64,000 nt of DNA from Alphaproteobacteria bacterium. GTDB lineage: Bacteria; Pseudomonadota; Alphaproteobacteria; JANQMY01. The notes under the pieces were generated by a model. That model had not been told where the DNA came from. It was given only the letters and a program-made list of their open reading frames with translations, and did not search any database. The stretch spans positions 85,539 through 149,538 of the forward strand of contig CBDDFL010000001.1 of NCBI GenBank assembly GCA_965227095.1, read 5' to 3'. Below, piece by piece: positions 1 through 9,313 of the stretch (position 1 is the first letter of the stretch; each line of letters opens with the position of its first letter). Both the position numbers and the translations under genes were made by a program.

Positions 1-2
1 CC

Positions 3-413
3 CATCCTACCCACCTTCTCGACCAAATCCCGCAGGACCAGGAAATCGGTAGCGTTACGGCTGATGGCGCCTACGACACGCGCAAATGCCACGATGCGAT
101 TGCAGATCGCGGTGCCCATGCCGTCATCCCGCCCCGCAAGAACGCGAAGCCCTGGAAGACGATCACCGCCGGAGCCGTGGCGCGAAATGAGGCCCTGCGC
201 GCGGCGAAATACCTGGGCCGCGCGCTCTGGCGACGATGGAGTGGATACCACCGCCGAAGCCGCGTCGAGACAAAGATGCATTGTATCAAGTTGCTGGGCC
301 AGCGGCTCATGGCACGGGACTTCGATCGACAGGTCGCCGAACTCCAGGTCCGCATCGCCGTCCTGAACGGCTACACCGCGCTCGGAATACCCGTCACGGA
401 AGCTGTGGGATAA
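3..413 (+). CDS. IS5-family DDE transposase, C-terminal portion (5' end lies outside window)
   Basis: Frame-3 translation is open from the window edge: ...DGAYDTRKCHDAIADRGAHAVIPPRKNAKPWK...HRRSRVETKMHCIKLLGQRLMARDFDRQVAELQVRIAVLNGY... This is a typical IS5/IS903-group transposase C-terminus; stop at 411-413. Confidence 0.7.
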   Translation, partial: HPTHLLDQIPQDQEIGSVTADGAYDTRKCHDAIADRGAHAVIPPRKNAKPWKTITAGAVARNEALRAAKYLGRALWRRWSGYHRRSRVETKMHCIKLLGQRLMARDFDRQVAELQVRIAVLNGYTALGIPVTEAVG

Positions 414-562
414 GTCCGTCCGGGGAAAGGGGAACCTCGGCCTTAAGCCGATTTGTGCATCAGAGCCCTTGACACTAATAATTAGCTATCTATGTTTTTC
501 CCGGCGATGGTTCCCCGGAAGAGGAGCCGGATTTCATCGCTGCATCAAACTGGAGGAAATTC

Positions 563-1945
563 ATGTCACGGACAGCCAATTTGGCCGGCCCGCTCGCGTC
601 GGCGCAGGAGCAGCCCGCCTTCAACGAACATGCGGGAACCCTGCCGGACGGGACGGCATGGCTGATCCGCGTGCCCGAGAACTGGAATGGTCGACTACTC
701 AGGGATCTGGATTTCGCCAGCAACGTTTCGGTCGCGTCAGCGGTCCAGCGGTATGACGACCTGCTCGGTCGTGGCTATGCCTTCGCCGGGCTCGCCCGGC
801 ACCCGCTGCGCCTGTGGCAATACGATCCGCAGCGTGAAATCCTGAATCTACAAGCTGTTCAGGACATTTTCACGGACCTGGAGCGCGCTCCTGACATGGT
901 GCTGCAATACGGCTGTTCTGGCGGAGGGCTCGACAGCCTCGCTTCGGCCGAGGATTACCCGGACAGGATCGACGGTGCCGCCGTGCTTGCCGCCCATACG
1001 CCGGTCTGGATCATGAGCAGTTTCCTGGATGGCTGGTTCGCCATGCAGACCCTGCTGGGCGAAAGCTATGAGGCCGCTGGGCACGGTCCGGCCAGCGATC
1101 TCGCCATCGTCGGCCTGCCCAATGCCGGAGCGGGTGGCGAGCGCAGCCTTGACGCGATCCGTGCGTCCTGGATGGCCGCCATCGAAACGGCGGGCGAAAG
1201 CCCGGAGGGCCGCGCGCGGCTGGCGCTTGCCTTCGCCATCGGACAGTGGTCGCCGTGGATGGTCGAGGGGACCGAACTACCCGACACCGCGGATGCCGGC
1301 GCCATGGCCGACATGATCGTGGCCTCGGCGCTGCGCATCGGCGGTAATGTTGGCGGGTCCTCGCGGCTTCTGTTCGAAAACGCCGCATCGGGGCAGCAAC
1401 TTTCCGGGAACGAGGGGGTCGACTATGCCGCCTTCTACCAGAATGCCGCACCCGCGATGGCGCGGACGGTTGAGGCGCTCTACGAACAGGCCGGTTTGGA
1501 CCTTCAGGCCGACATTGCCAGGATCGACGCCGCCCCCCGCATCGCGGCCTCGGATTATGCGCGCGATTTCTGGGCCGCAGACGGGCGCACGACGACCGGC
1601 GATCTGCAGGTTCCGGCGATCCGCATCCACATGCTGGGCGACTGGGCCATTCCCTACACGCTGATGGAAGGCTACGGCGCGCTGGTGCAGGAGCAGGGTA
1701 CCGGCGATCTGTATCGGCAGTCGCTGGTCCAGGGCACGGGCCATTGCGAGTTCACGGCTGCCGAAAGCACGGCCATCGTCGAGACCCTGGTCGAACGGAT
1801 CGAAACGGGCGCCTGGCCCGAGACATCGCCCGAGGCGCTGAACGCCGCAGCCGAGGCGCTGGAAACCGGGAGCGCCCCCCGGTTCATCGAACACGGTGAT
1901 TGGCGCGTGGCAGCCTATAACCGGCCCTGGGTTCCGGCAGAATGA
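563..1945 (+). CDS. hypothetical protein, possible alpha/beta-hydrolase-like (G-C-S-G-G nucleophile-elbow-like motif)
   Basis: 460-aa ORF with coding-like composition; motif LQYGCSGGGLDS resembles GxSxG of serine hydrolases; no other family recognised. Confidence 0.5.
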   Translation: MSRTANLAGPLASAQEQPAFNEHAGTLPDGTAWLIRVPENWNGRLLRDLDFASNVSVASAVQRYDDLLGRGYAFAGLARHPLRLWQYDPQREILNLQAVQDIFTDLERAPDMVLQYGCSGGGLDSLASAEDYPDRIDGAAVLAAHTPVWIMSSFLDGWFAMQTLLGESYEAAGHGPASDLAIVGLPNAGAGGERSLDAIRASWMAAIETAGESPEGRARLALAFAIGQWSPWMVEGTELPDTADAGAMADMIVASALRIGGNVGGSSRLLFENAASGQQLSGNEGVDYAAFYQNAAPAMARTVEALYEQAGLDLQADIARIDAAPRIAASDYARDFWAADGRTTTGDLQVPAIRIHMLGDWAIPYTLMEGYGALVQEQGTGDLYRQSLVQGTGHCEFTAAESTAIVETLVERIETGAWPETSPEALNAAAEALETGSAPRFIEHGDWRVAAYNRPWVPAE

Positions 1946-2400
1946 GCCGATGGGGAACTGGCGCTGCGCCGGTTCCCCCACAGGTCCGGTGGCGCAAGTC
2001 ATTGGTGGACCGTCGCCAACGCGCAGTGGGCATCTCTGGCGAGGGCAAGTGTTCCCATGTCTGGACGACCCCTGCTGCGCAAGCTGGGAATTGACGCGCC
2101 TATGCCGAAAGCAGTCATGTCTACGGCCTTTGTGGTGCGGTCTAGCCGCTGGCCCAGATGAAGTCCGCGGATCGGGTCCCAATCAAAATTGCGCGCTTTC
2201 TGCGCCTTGACCCCCTGGGGTGTCCCGATCCCCGGTTCGACCGGTTTGTCATCTCTTCTCAGCTTCACGCATTCCGTCAGCGGTTCCGCGCTCAGGAGAC
2301 AGGGGCCGCGTAGATCTCGTTGCGGCGCAGGAGCGCCCAAGCGATCCGGGCAGTCTTGTTGGCGAGCGCGACCGCAACGACTTTCGGTCGCTTGCGTGCT

Positions 2401-2460
2401 TGTCGCGTTGCCCTTAAATCTGAGACACGACGCGTTCGGGGATATTTTTTGCCCTTAATT
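2401..2460. repeat. Left-end transposase-binding repeats (TTGCCCTTAA x2) incl. terminal IR
   Basis: tgtcgcgttgcccttaaatc at 2401-2420 and ttgcccttaatt at 2449-2460. Confidence 0.7.
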
Positions 2461-3306
2461 ATGAGATTCCACTGCCATCGCGCCTATGCTTTTCGCGCGC
2501 TGCCGGGCGATGTAAACAACCGCGGCAAGCAGACGTGGCTCCTTATCGAAGGCGCGCAATAGAGCAACCCTTGCATAGTCGTCGATGCCGGAGCTTGAGA
2601 TGGCCGCTTTGACCAGTGGACGGGATTGGGCTGCATCAATTGCAGCAAGGCCAAACAGCCTTACTTCCAGCCTGTGGCCCTGAAGAGCGTATAACGGATC
2701 TCCGCGGAAGGCCTTTAATGATATGGCAAAGGTGACCGCGCGCATTGCGCGCCGAAATTGCTTGGAGCTGCGTAATCGCGCGGCGTATTCAAGCCGCGCG
2801 GCGCCGTTGCGCGCACGATTTATCAGCTTTTCGGGCATCTGTTCGCCACTGGCCTTGCCGAGCGTCGGCACAAGTCTCGTCCCACAAACCTGGCAGTCGA
2901 ATGCCCAGGCTCGCCTCCAATGCTTGAGCGAAAGGCCCTCTCTGGAACATTGCAGGCAATGCTGGAATGGTATCTGGGCCGTCAGCGAGGCTTCTCGTGT
3001 CGTCATTGCTGGGAAGGTCAAAGATCGCACAACATCTGGGTCAATCCGTGCGGCGTTGGCAATCTTCGCCGCCGCAGCCGCGTCGACGTTGAAGTTCAAG
3101 GCGGTGCCATGCGCGGTATCGATTCTGAGATGAGCCAGTAGTTCCGCATCATCACAGTAGTTGGCCGCCGCCAGCCTAGACAACCAACCTGACAACAACT
3201 CGTCGGGCAGCGGCGCGACAGTCTTGGGCAGCGGGTGCGGCTTCACACCCCGGACTTCTCGAGCCGCCGATGGGGGTTCGCATGGCGCGACCAAACCGGC
3301 GTCCAT
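2455..3306 (-). CDS. tniQ: TniQ-family transposition protein
   Basis: N-terminus ...LPDELLSGWLSRLAAANYCD... plus Cys pairs (CLQC...CQVCG) are typical of the TniQ/TnsD domain; lies downstream of tniB, overlapping its end. Confidence 0.7.
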   Translation of the reverse strand: MDAGLVAPCEPPSAAREVRGVKPHPLPKTVAPLPDELLSGWLSRLAAANYCDDAELLAHLRIDTAHGTALNFNVDAAAAAKIANAARIDPDVVRSLTFPAMTTREASLTAQIPFQHCLQCSREGLSLKHWRRAWAFDCQVCGTRLVPTLGKASGEQMPEKLINRARNGAARLEYAARLRSSKQFRRAMRAVTFAISLKAFRGDPLYALQGHRLEVRLFGLAAIDAAQSRPLVKAAISSSGIDDYARVALLRAFDKEPRLLAAVVYIARQRAKSIGAMAVESHN

Positions 3307-4241
3307 TTTGCGATTGCGTCATCGGTGATGCATTCATCACCTGTGACAATGGCGTCGATGGAAAGATCCTTGATCAGGGCGAAGATGCGCGAGGTCACCC
3401 CGCCGGTCAGCGCAAGTATCTGCTTTAGTGACTTGACCTTCAGATTGGATTTCTTCTCGAGGGGCATTGCCGCGATGAGTGTCTGGATCATGTCCGAGAA
3501 CTCGGCGTCGTCGCGCCAGTTTGGAAGGTGATGTTCGTCCAGCCGCCTGGCAAGCTGGATATCACCACGGATGGCATCGACGGCCTCGCTGACCCCCAGG
3601 CAGACCAGCGACACTTCGAGTTCATTGCTGAGATACCGCAGAACATTGAGAAAGCGGCGCTGTTCGCGGTGGGTCCCGGCCAAGAGGTTGTGGACTTCGT
3701 CGATCATGATCATCCGCAGGCCAAGGTCGCGCAAGAGCGCGACGACACGGACTTCGAGGGAGGCCACATTTTGAGCGCGCGCGCTCAGTGCCGTGGCCGG
3801 TGCCCCGACGGTCGCCAGGATGTGCAGATAGAACCGTCGTTCGTCGGGAGCTGGTGGTGCTTGTAACAGTAACAGCGGCGTTCGCGTAATTCCCGATGCT
3901 GGGTCATATTCCGGTGCATATCTGCGCGAAAGATTGCGGGCGATCATCGTCTTTCCGATCCCGGACGCGCCATGCACAAGAAGGCCAGGCATACGGGTTT
4001 GCCTTGGCGCTTCGATCATACACTGCAAACGGTCCAGAACTTGTTCGGCCCGCGGAAAGCCAATCCAGATATCCGATTGAATGAGGGTGATCCGACCGTC
4101 TTCCTCTGTTTTTCCTGCCCTCAATTCACCATCTCTCCACCTTGAACAATGGGCGCGATGTATCACCCGTATCGATCGCGCGCAGCCCTTCGGTTGTTGA
4201 GACGGCCGAGTTGGCGCCCTCCAATGTCCCTTTTCTTTCAC
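3243..4241 (-). CDS. tniB: TniB AAA+ ATPase (transposition helper, TnsC-like)
   Basis: Walker A GASGIGKT and Walker B MIMIDEVHNLL; size and position after tniA. The annotated start overlaps tniA by 116 nt, so the true start may be an internal or non-ATG codon. Confidence 0.8.
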   Translation of the reverse strand: MKEKGHWRAPTRPSQQPKGCARSIRVIHRAHCSRWRDGELRAGKTEEDGRITLIQSDIWIGFPRAEQVLDRLQCMIEAPRQTRMPGLLVHGASGIGKTMIARNLSRRYAPEYDPASGITRTPLLLLQAPPAPDERRFYLHILATVGAPATALSARAQNVASLEVRVVALLRDLGLRMIMIDEVHNLLAGTHREQRRFLNVLRYLSNELEVSLVCLGVSEAVDAIRGDIQLARRLDEHHLPNWRDDAEFSDMIQTLIAAMPLEKKSNLKVKSLKQILALTGGVTSRIFALIKDLSIDAIVTGDECITDDAIAKWTPVWSRHANPHRRLEKSGV

Positions 4242-5775
4242 GGGATCGGCGTTCGGCCCTCGTCAGGCTCCGGCTTTCAGACTCGATTTGGCGTTGCTGT
4301 CGGATCAGCTCAGCCAGGACCAGCTCATTGGACCCGGACTTGCCAAGGGCACGGGCATTCCTCATGGCTTCGCGATATTCCCAGAGCGACACAGGCGGAA
4401 TTTCCAGGTTTCGGTACCGAGCTTCGACGTATCGGTCATTATCCAGTTCGACCCAGATCACCGAGAGGTCGCGAGGGTCGTAGCGGACGACCACCTTTCC
4501 ATCCCCGCGCCCGATGTGGCCTGCAAGCGCATCGGACCAGTACCGTATCTGGAACAGATGGATGCCGTCACGCCTGACCTTGCGCAGTTCACTTGGCAGA
4601 AAGCTCACCCGAAAGGCTTCAATCTCGAAGGGGATATCGCCCATCATTTGCTCTGAGAGCGCCTCCCATTTGGCAACGGGCGTGCAGCCAAGACTTGAAT
4701 GAATGCTGTTGTTGTAGCGGCAGATTTCCAGAGCAAACCAGCGATCGAAGTCGCTTAAGGTCATCGTGGCCATGCCCTCGGCGTCATAGTCGCCCTTGGC
4801 CACGACCGAGGATTGCGTTGTTCCAGGCAACAGGTGCACGGCCCCCATCATCGTGCCGATCAATCGTTCGATGTGCCCTCCGAAATGAGGACTGCCTGGC
4901 GGCCGATAGACCAGATCGATCCCCCATTCCGCACATGCCGACCGAAAGGCATGCGACCGGAAATCGCGCCCGTTATCGACGTGGATGCTATGCGGTTTAC
5001 CCTGCGCGGGCCAAGGAACATTGCGCACCAATTCCGCCAGAAGTTCCGCCTTGGGGGCCACAGCCTGTGTCAGGCAAAGCGCCACCGACAGACGCGAAGG
5101 TGCCTCGAGAGAGGTGTAATATCCGGTCACCATCCGCGTTGCGACGTCGATCGCCAGCGTGACCCAAGGCCGCCCAATTGGTTTGCGTTCAAAACTGTCG
5201 ACGAGAATGATGTCCGCAGGCGTATGGTCGATTTGCACGACCTCCAGTGGCCGGTTTGCCTTGTTGTCGCCTACGACCGGCGCAAATTTCTGGCGGGCCG
5301 CCTTTGCGCCTTCGCGTGCCTTGGCAATTTCACGGGCATCCATTGCATCCAGCCTGCGCTGAACCGTCCGACGTGTCGGCGGTTGCAAGCCCTGCTGCCA
5401 GCACGCGCTTCGGATTTCTGTCACGATGCGCGACAGGCTTGGGCGTTCCCGCCGTAAGAAATAACGGCGAAGATGTTCTTCGATCACCGCTTCCACCTTG
5501 CCGGATATCAAGGTTGTACCAGTCGGGCGGCCCCGTTTCCGAGAAGCCAGCGCGCTGGTGCGCCCACCCTCTTCGGCCAGACGCTTTATCCAGCGCCAGA
5601 CAGTCGCCCTGCTGACACCAAGCTCCCAAACGGCGTCATTGATGCCACTTTCCAGACTGCCAGTTCCTTTGAGATATGCCTGAACAAGCGGACGCAGAAC
5701 GGCCGCCCTGCGCGCCTCCTCAGCACCAGCGGCAACGAAGTCTTCGCGATCATCATCCATCAATATTTGCCACAC
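4126..5775 (-). CDS. tniA: TniA DDE transposase (Mu/TnsB-like, rve integrase core)
   Basis: N-terminal HTH region, then integrase core ...VVQIDHTPADIILVD...WVTLAIDVATRMVTGYY...HVDNGRDFRS... (D, D, E spacing typical of the TnsB/TniA/MuA family). Confidence 0.85.
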   Translation of the reverse strand: MWQILMDDDREDFVAAGAEEARRAAVLRPLVQAYLKGTGSLESGINDAVWELGVSRATVWRWIKRLAEEGGRTSALASRKRGRPTGTTLISGKVEAVIEEHLRRYFLRRERPSLSRIVTEIRSACWQQGLQPPTRRTVQRRLDAMDAREIAKAREGAKAARQKFAPVVGDNKANRPLEVVQIDHTPADIILVDSFERKPIGRPWVTLAIDVATRMVTGYYTSLEAPSRLSVALCLTQAVAPKAELLAELVRNVPWPAQGKPHSIHVDNGRDFRSHAFRSACAEWGIDLVYRPPGSPHFGGHIERLIGTMMGAVHLLPGTTQSSVVAKGDYDAEGMATMTLSDFDRWFALEICRYNNSIHSSLGCTPVAKWEALSEQMMGDIPFEIEAFRVSFLPSELRKVRRDGIHLFQIRYWSDALAGHIGRGDGKVVVRYDPRDLSVIWVELDNDRYVEARYRNLEIPPVSLWEYREAMRNARALGKSGSNELVLAELIRQQRQIESESRSLTRAERRSRERKGTLEGANSAVSTTEGLRAIDTGDTSRPLFKVERW

Positions 5776-5797
5776 GAAGCTGCGAACCCTGTCTCAG

Positions 5798-5906
5798 GTT
5801 TAAGGGCAAAAATATCGGATTTAAAGGCAAAATATCATATTTAAGGGCAAAGCAAGGCCGTTGATTTCGTTGGATTTCTCATCTCACAATTAAGGGCTAC
5901 GCGACA
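5798..5906. repeat. Right-end transposase-binding repeat array (TTAAGGGCAAA-like x4) incl. terminal IR
   Basis: gtttaagggcaaaaat (5798), ttaaaggcaaaat (5821), ttaagggcaaagc (5841) at ~20-bp spacing, then caattaagggctacgcgaca ending at 5906. Confidence 0.7.
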
Positions 5907-5925
5907 CCGGGGCTTCGGCACCCGC

Positions 5926-6963
5926 ATGCTCAACGACTATGAAATCGCGAATGGCATGGTTCAACCAGCCCGCGCCTATGCTCTGTTTGAAAATGCGTGG
6001 CGCAACAAACACGGCCTCTCTCGAGACCAGCATCGCGCCCTGATCGGTGAATTGTTCGCCCCCTTTTCCGAGGTGGCGGCTCAAAATCCGTATGCGCAGT
6101 TTAGAGAAGCACGAACGCCGGACTATCTGGCAACACCGTCGGATGGGAACTTTGAGCTGGTAGACCCCTATCTGAAATGGCATGTGGCGCAGGATTCCGT
6201 AAACCAGGGCGCCGCCGTCATCCTGACCTCGGTCGCCAAAGCGCGAGAACTTGGCATTCCGGAAAGCAAATGGGTGTACCTGCATGGCTATTCCGACGCC
6301 TATGACCGGTTGGTAACCGCCCGCCGCGATTTCACCCGGTCAAACGCCATGCATGCAACGGTGAGCGAAGGCTTATCCACGTCCGGACGCACGGTCGATC
6401 AGATCGACCATTTTGAGATCTACAGCTGCTTTCCCTGCGCGGTGCTCTTTGCCTGCGATGCCTTGGGAATCGATTGGCGCCAGCACCAACTGACGCAAAC
6501 AGGCGGCCTTCCCTTCTTTGGCGGCCCCGGCAACAATTACAGCATGCATGGTATTGCCGCCATGGTGGAAAAATTGCGCGCCCATCCCGGCGACACGGGA
6601 CTGGTCCTCGCCAATGGGGGCTTTTTGACGAAGGAAGCCGTTGGGGTTTATTCGACCAGCCCGCAAGCGGATTGGACACCGAACCGCCGCAAGCAAGCCC
6701 AAGCGGAGGTGGACCGCGATGCCGAAATGCCCGTTTTTGAAACGCCGACCAGTGGAACGGTTGAAAGCTTCACGGCCTTCTACAAAAAGAAGGAAGCCTA
6801 TTCCGGTATGATCACCGGGCTGTCAAACGGTCAACGTTTCATGGCGCGCGTAGGCCAAGAAGATATGCGGACATTGCAAGAGCTTGTGTCCGGCGATCCC
6901 ATCGGCAAGCCTGTGACCGTTGAGAAGACCGACAAGGGCAACACGTTCCATCTCAGCTCTTAA
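5926..6963 (+). pseudogene. Thiolase-family protein, apparently 5'-truncated (about the N-terminal 130-150 aa incl. catalytic Cys missing)
   Basis: The translation matches the central and C-terminal parts of thiolase-like proteins (GAAVILTSVAKARELG, GxG-rich C-terminal domain). The ORF begins only 20 nt from the transposon terminus. No N-terminal thiolase segment is found on the other side of the element. Confidence 0.45.
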
Positions 6964-6971
6964 ACGCTCAT

Positions 6972-8081
6972 TCAAGACGCGCGCGCACCGTCGCCCAAAA
7001 ACCAGTTCATAATTTTCGCGTTTTCTTCGCGCGGATAGGTGTGGGACAGATCCGCCACTTCGCTGTAGGTGACATCGGCCCCCGCCGCCAACAACGCCGC
7101 CTGTGCCGTGCGGGCAATGTCGACCGGGAACATCCAATCCCACGCGCCGTGCACCAAATAAACGGGAAGGTTTTTAATGCGTCCCGGATCCATCATCTCC
7201 AGCAACATGGGGTGGAAGGCAGCGGATATGGGGGCGAGATGGGTGAAGGGCGACTCTTTTCTCAGTCCACTGACATATGAAAACGTGCCGCCATCGCTCA
7301 TGCCGGTGAGCAGCAACTTCTCGCGATTGATATTCCAACGCCCACACACTTGTTCCAGAATGTGATCCAGATTTTCGCTGTCGATATCCGGCCCCATCAG
7401 CGACCACGTATCGCCCCGCGAAGTGGGGCTGACAAGGATGGCGCCGTTTGTGCGGGCCGTGTTGAGCCAGGTCCATAAAAACCCGCGACCATGGCCCGAG
7501 CCCCCATGCATGGCCATGATCAACGGATAGGATTGAGTCTCGTCATAAAATTCGGGCACATAGATCGAACAACCGCCACGCTGATCCCGGCCATTTTCCG
7601 CATGCAGGACGCCCACATTGTCGCGGCCCGCATCCGCGTTATCGAGACGCGCAATCAGGTCGGCATCGCCCTGCCGCTCGTGATCGAGATAAAACTGGCT
7701 GACCGGCGGCAGCGTGGACGCGACCGGGTACAGAACTTCCACCGCGCGGGTATAGCGGCGCAAGGCGCGATAGGCGGCCATGGCACCATTTGGATCGGTC
7801 GCCGCGCCGCGCAACCCGTCGAACGCCTGACACGCCGCCTCGGCGGACTTGGCCACCCGGTCTTTGAAGGGGACCAATCCCTCTGGCCATTGTGCTGATT
7901 GAAAGCCTGGCAGCTTGGCGCGCAGATCCGCATCGATATCGCCCACATTCGCCATCACCTGATCCAGCCGGGGAGGGTGTAAGTGCCGCGCCACGAAGCC
8001 GAGCGCTTCCAGGCAGTTCAATAAAGGCGGAAGAATTTCGGAAATGGTCTCGAGCAGGTCTTCCGATGGTTTTTCACTCAT
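6972..8081 (-). CDS. alpha/beta-hydrolase esterase (PHB-depolymerase/carboxylesterase-like)
   Basis: Nucleophile elbow GMSDGG and HGG-type oxyanion region MAMHGGSG; 369 aa. Confidence 0.7.
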   Translation of the reverse strand: MSEKPSEDLLETISEILPPLLNCLEALGFVARHLHPPRLDQVMANVGDIDADLRAKLPGFQSAQWPEGLVPFKDRVAKSAEAACQAFDGLRGAATDPNGAMAAYRALRRYTRAVEVLYPVASTLPPVSQFYLDHERQGDADLIARLDNADAGRDNVGVLHAENGRDQRGGCSIYVPEFYDETQSYPLIMAMHGGSGHGRGFLWTWLNTARTNGAILVSPTSRGDTWSLMGPDIDSENLDHILEQVCGRWNINREKLLLTGMSDGGTFSYVSGLRKESPFTHLAPISAAFHPMLLEMMDPGRIKNLPVYLVHGAWDWMFPVDIARTAQAALLAAGADVTYSEVADLSHTYPREENAKIMNWFLGDGARAS

Positions 8082-8208
8082 ATGGTCCGCTTCCAGATCC
8101 GCCCGTCAACATGAGCCCCCACCATACGCCTTTACAATCGCCCCGTCATGTTTACATGTTTGTCGCCCACAAATCGCATCGTTACCCAACGTCATATCGA
8201 GCATAGAA

Positions 8209-9015
8209 ATGAGATCATCTGTCTTGAAGCTCGTCGAGCGCGACGATTTTAAGAACCTCGTCACCCTGGTCGTGGTGATCAACGCCGTCACCTTGGGATT
8301 GGAAACCTGGCCCTTTGCCATGAACCGCATCGGCGGTCTACTGCGTATTTTGGACACACTGGCAATCTCTATCTTCGTTGTCGAGATCGGCCTCAAACTG
8401 TTCGCCTATCGCTTGAGCTTCTTCCGGTCCGGATGGAATGTGTTTGACTTTGTCATTGTGGGCGTTGCGCTTGTGCCGTCCGCCGGCGCGTTTTCCGTGC
8501 TGCGTACCTTACGGATTTTGAGGGCCCTGCGCTTATTATCCGTAGTGCCCCAAATGCGCGCGGTTGTGGGCGCGCTGCTGGGCGCGGTGCCGGGCATGGG
8601 TGCGATCGTCGCGGTGTTGTTGTTGGTGTTTTACATTGCCGCCGTCATGGCAACGAAATTGTTCGCCGCAACGTTTCCGGATTGGTTCGGCAGCGTCCCC
8701 TCTTCCATGTACACGCTGTTCCAAATCATGACGCTGGAAAGCTGGTCCATGGGGATTGTCCGCCCTGTGATGGACGTACACCCCTGGTCCTGGGTGTTCT
8801 TTGTCCCCTTCATTATCGTCACCAGTTTCGCCGTTTTGAATCTGTTCATCGCCTTGATTGTGGATTCCATGCAAGCCATGCACGCCTTCGAGGACAAAGA
8901 AGATGCCGATAAGAAAGAGGCCGTCGCCCATCGCGAGCGAGAGGCCCTGATGGCGGAACTGCGCGCCGTTCGGGCGGAATTGGCGGAACTCCGCGATACC
9001 TTAAAGAATGCCTAG
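8209..9015 (+). CDS. Bacterial voltage-gated sodium channel (BacNav, NavAb-like)
   Basis: Six TM segments, S4 voltage sensor RTLRILRALRLL, selectivity filter FQIMTLESWSMGIVRPVM (TLESWSM as in NavAb/NavMs), C-terminal coiled-coil. Start set at the internal ATG 8209 giving a 269-aa protein. Confidence 0.85.
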   Translation: MRSSVLKLVERDDFKNLVTLVVVINAVTLGLETWPFAMNRIGGLLRILDTLAISIFVVEIGLKLFAYRLSFFRSGWNVFDFVIVGVALVPSAGAFSVLRTLRILRALRLLSVVPQMRAVVGALLGAVPGMGAIVAVLLLVFYIAAVMATKLFAATFPDWFGSVPSSMYTLFQIMTLESWSMGIVRPVMDVHPWSWVFFVPFIIVTSFAVLNLFIALIVDSMQAMHAFEDKEDADKKEAVAHREREALMAELRAVRAELAELRDTLKNA

Positions 9016-9094
9016 ATAAAGGCGTTGATCTAGATCATCGCTGGCAGGCGGCGCGGTCTTCTAAAACAGGCTTGTTAGCTATAGGAGAAGAGAA

Positions 9095-9313
9095 ATGGTT
9101 GGAACAACCGAACTTGTAAGGGGGCATGTGGATGCGACGCTAAAAGCTGCCGACGAACACAAAATCCCCCATGACAGCGTGGCCCGCGCCATGATGTCCC
9201 TGGCGATTGAGATTTTTCTCAAGGAACGGTCTCCGGATGACGTCAAAAGCGAACTGGAATATATGATCAGCAACGTGGTGAGCGACGAAGACCAAGAATT
9301 TATGCGGCCCTAA
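9095..9313 (+). CDS. small hypothetical protein (72 aa)
   Basis: Preceded by an AGGAGAAG Shine-Dalgarno; acidic small ORF; no family recognised; 3' end overlaps the convergent LysR gene by 14 nt. Confidence 0.35.
   Translation: MVGTTELVRGHVDATLKAADEHKIPHDSVARAMMSLAIEIFLKERSPDDVKSELEYMISNVVSDEDQEFMRP

Larger units (their letters stand above)
2401..5906 (-). mobile_element. Minimal Tn5053/Tn402-like (Tn7-superfamily) transposon carrying only tniA-tniB-tniQ
   Basis: Imperfect terminal IRs TGTCGCGTTGCCCTTAA (2401-2417) and TGTCGCGTAGCCCTTAA (rc of 5890-5906), both starting with 5'-TGT. Two subterminal TTGCCCTTAA copies lie at the left end and four TTAA(G/A)GGC(A/T)A copies at the right end. They enclose tniA/tniB/tniQ homologues. 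Confidence 0.75.

Noticed and set aside
1011-2340. Minus-strand ORFs (301 aa, 146 aa, 113 aa) overlapping the hydrolase-like gene and the region before the transposon
   Set aside because: Arg/Pro/Gly-rich shadow ORFs without motifs; the plus-strand 460-aa ORF is more protein-like.
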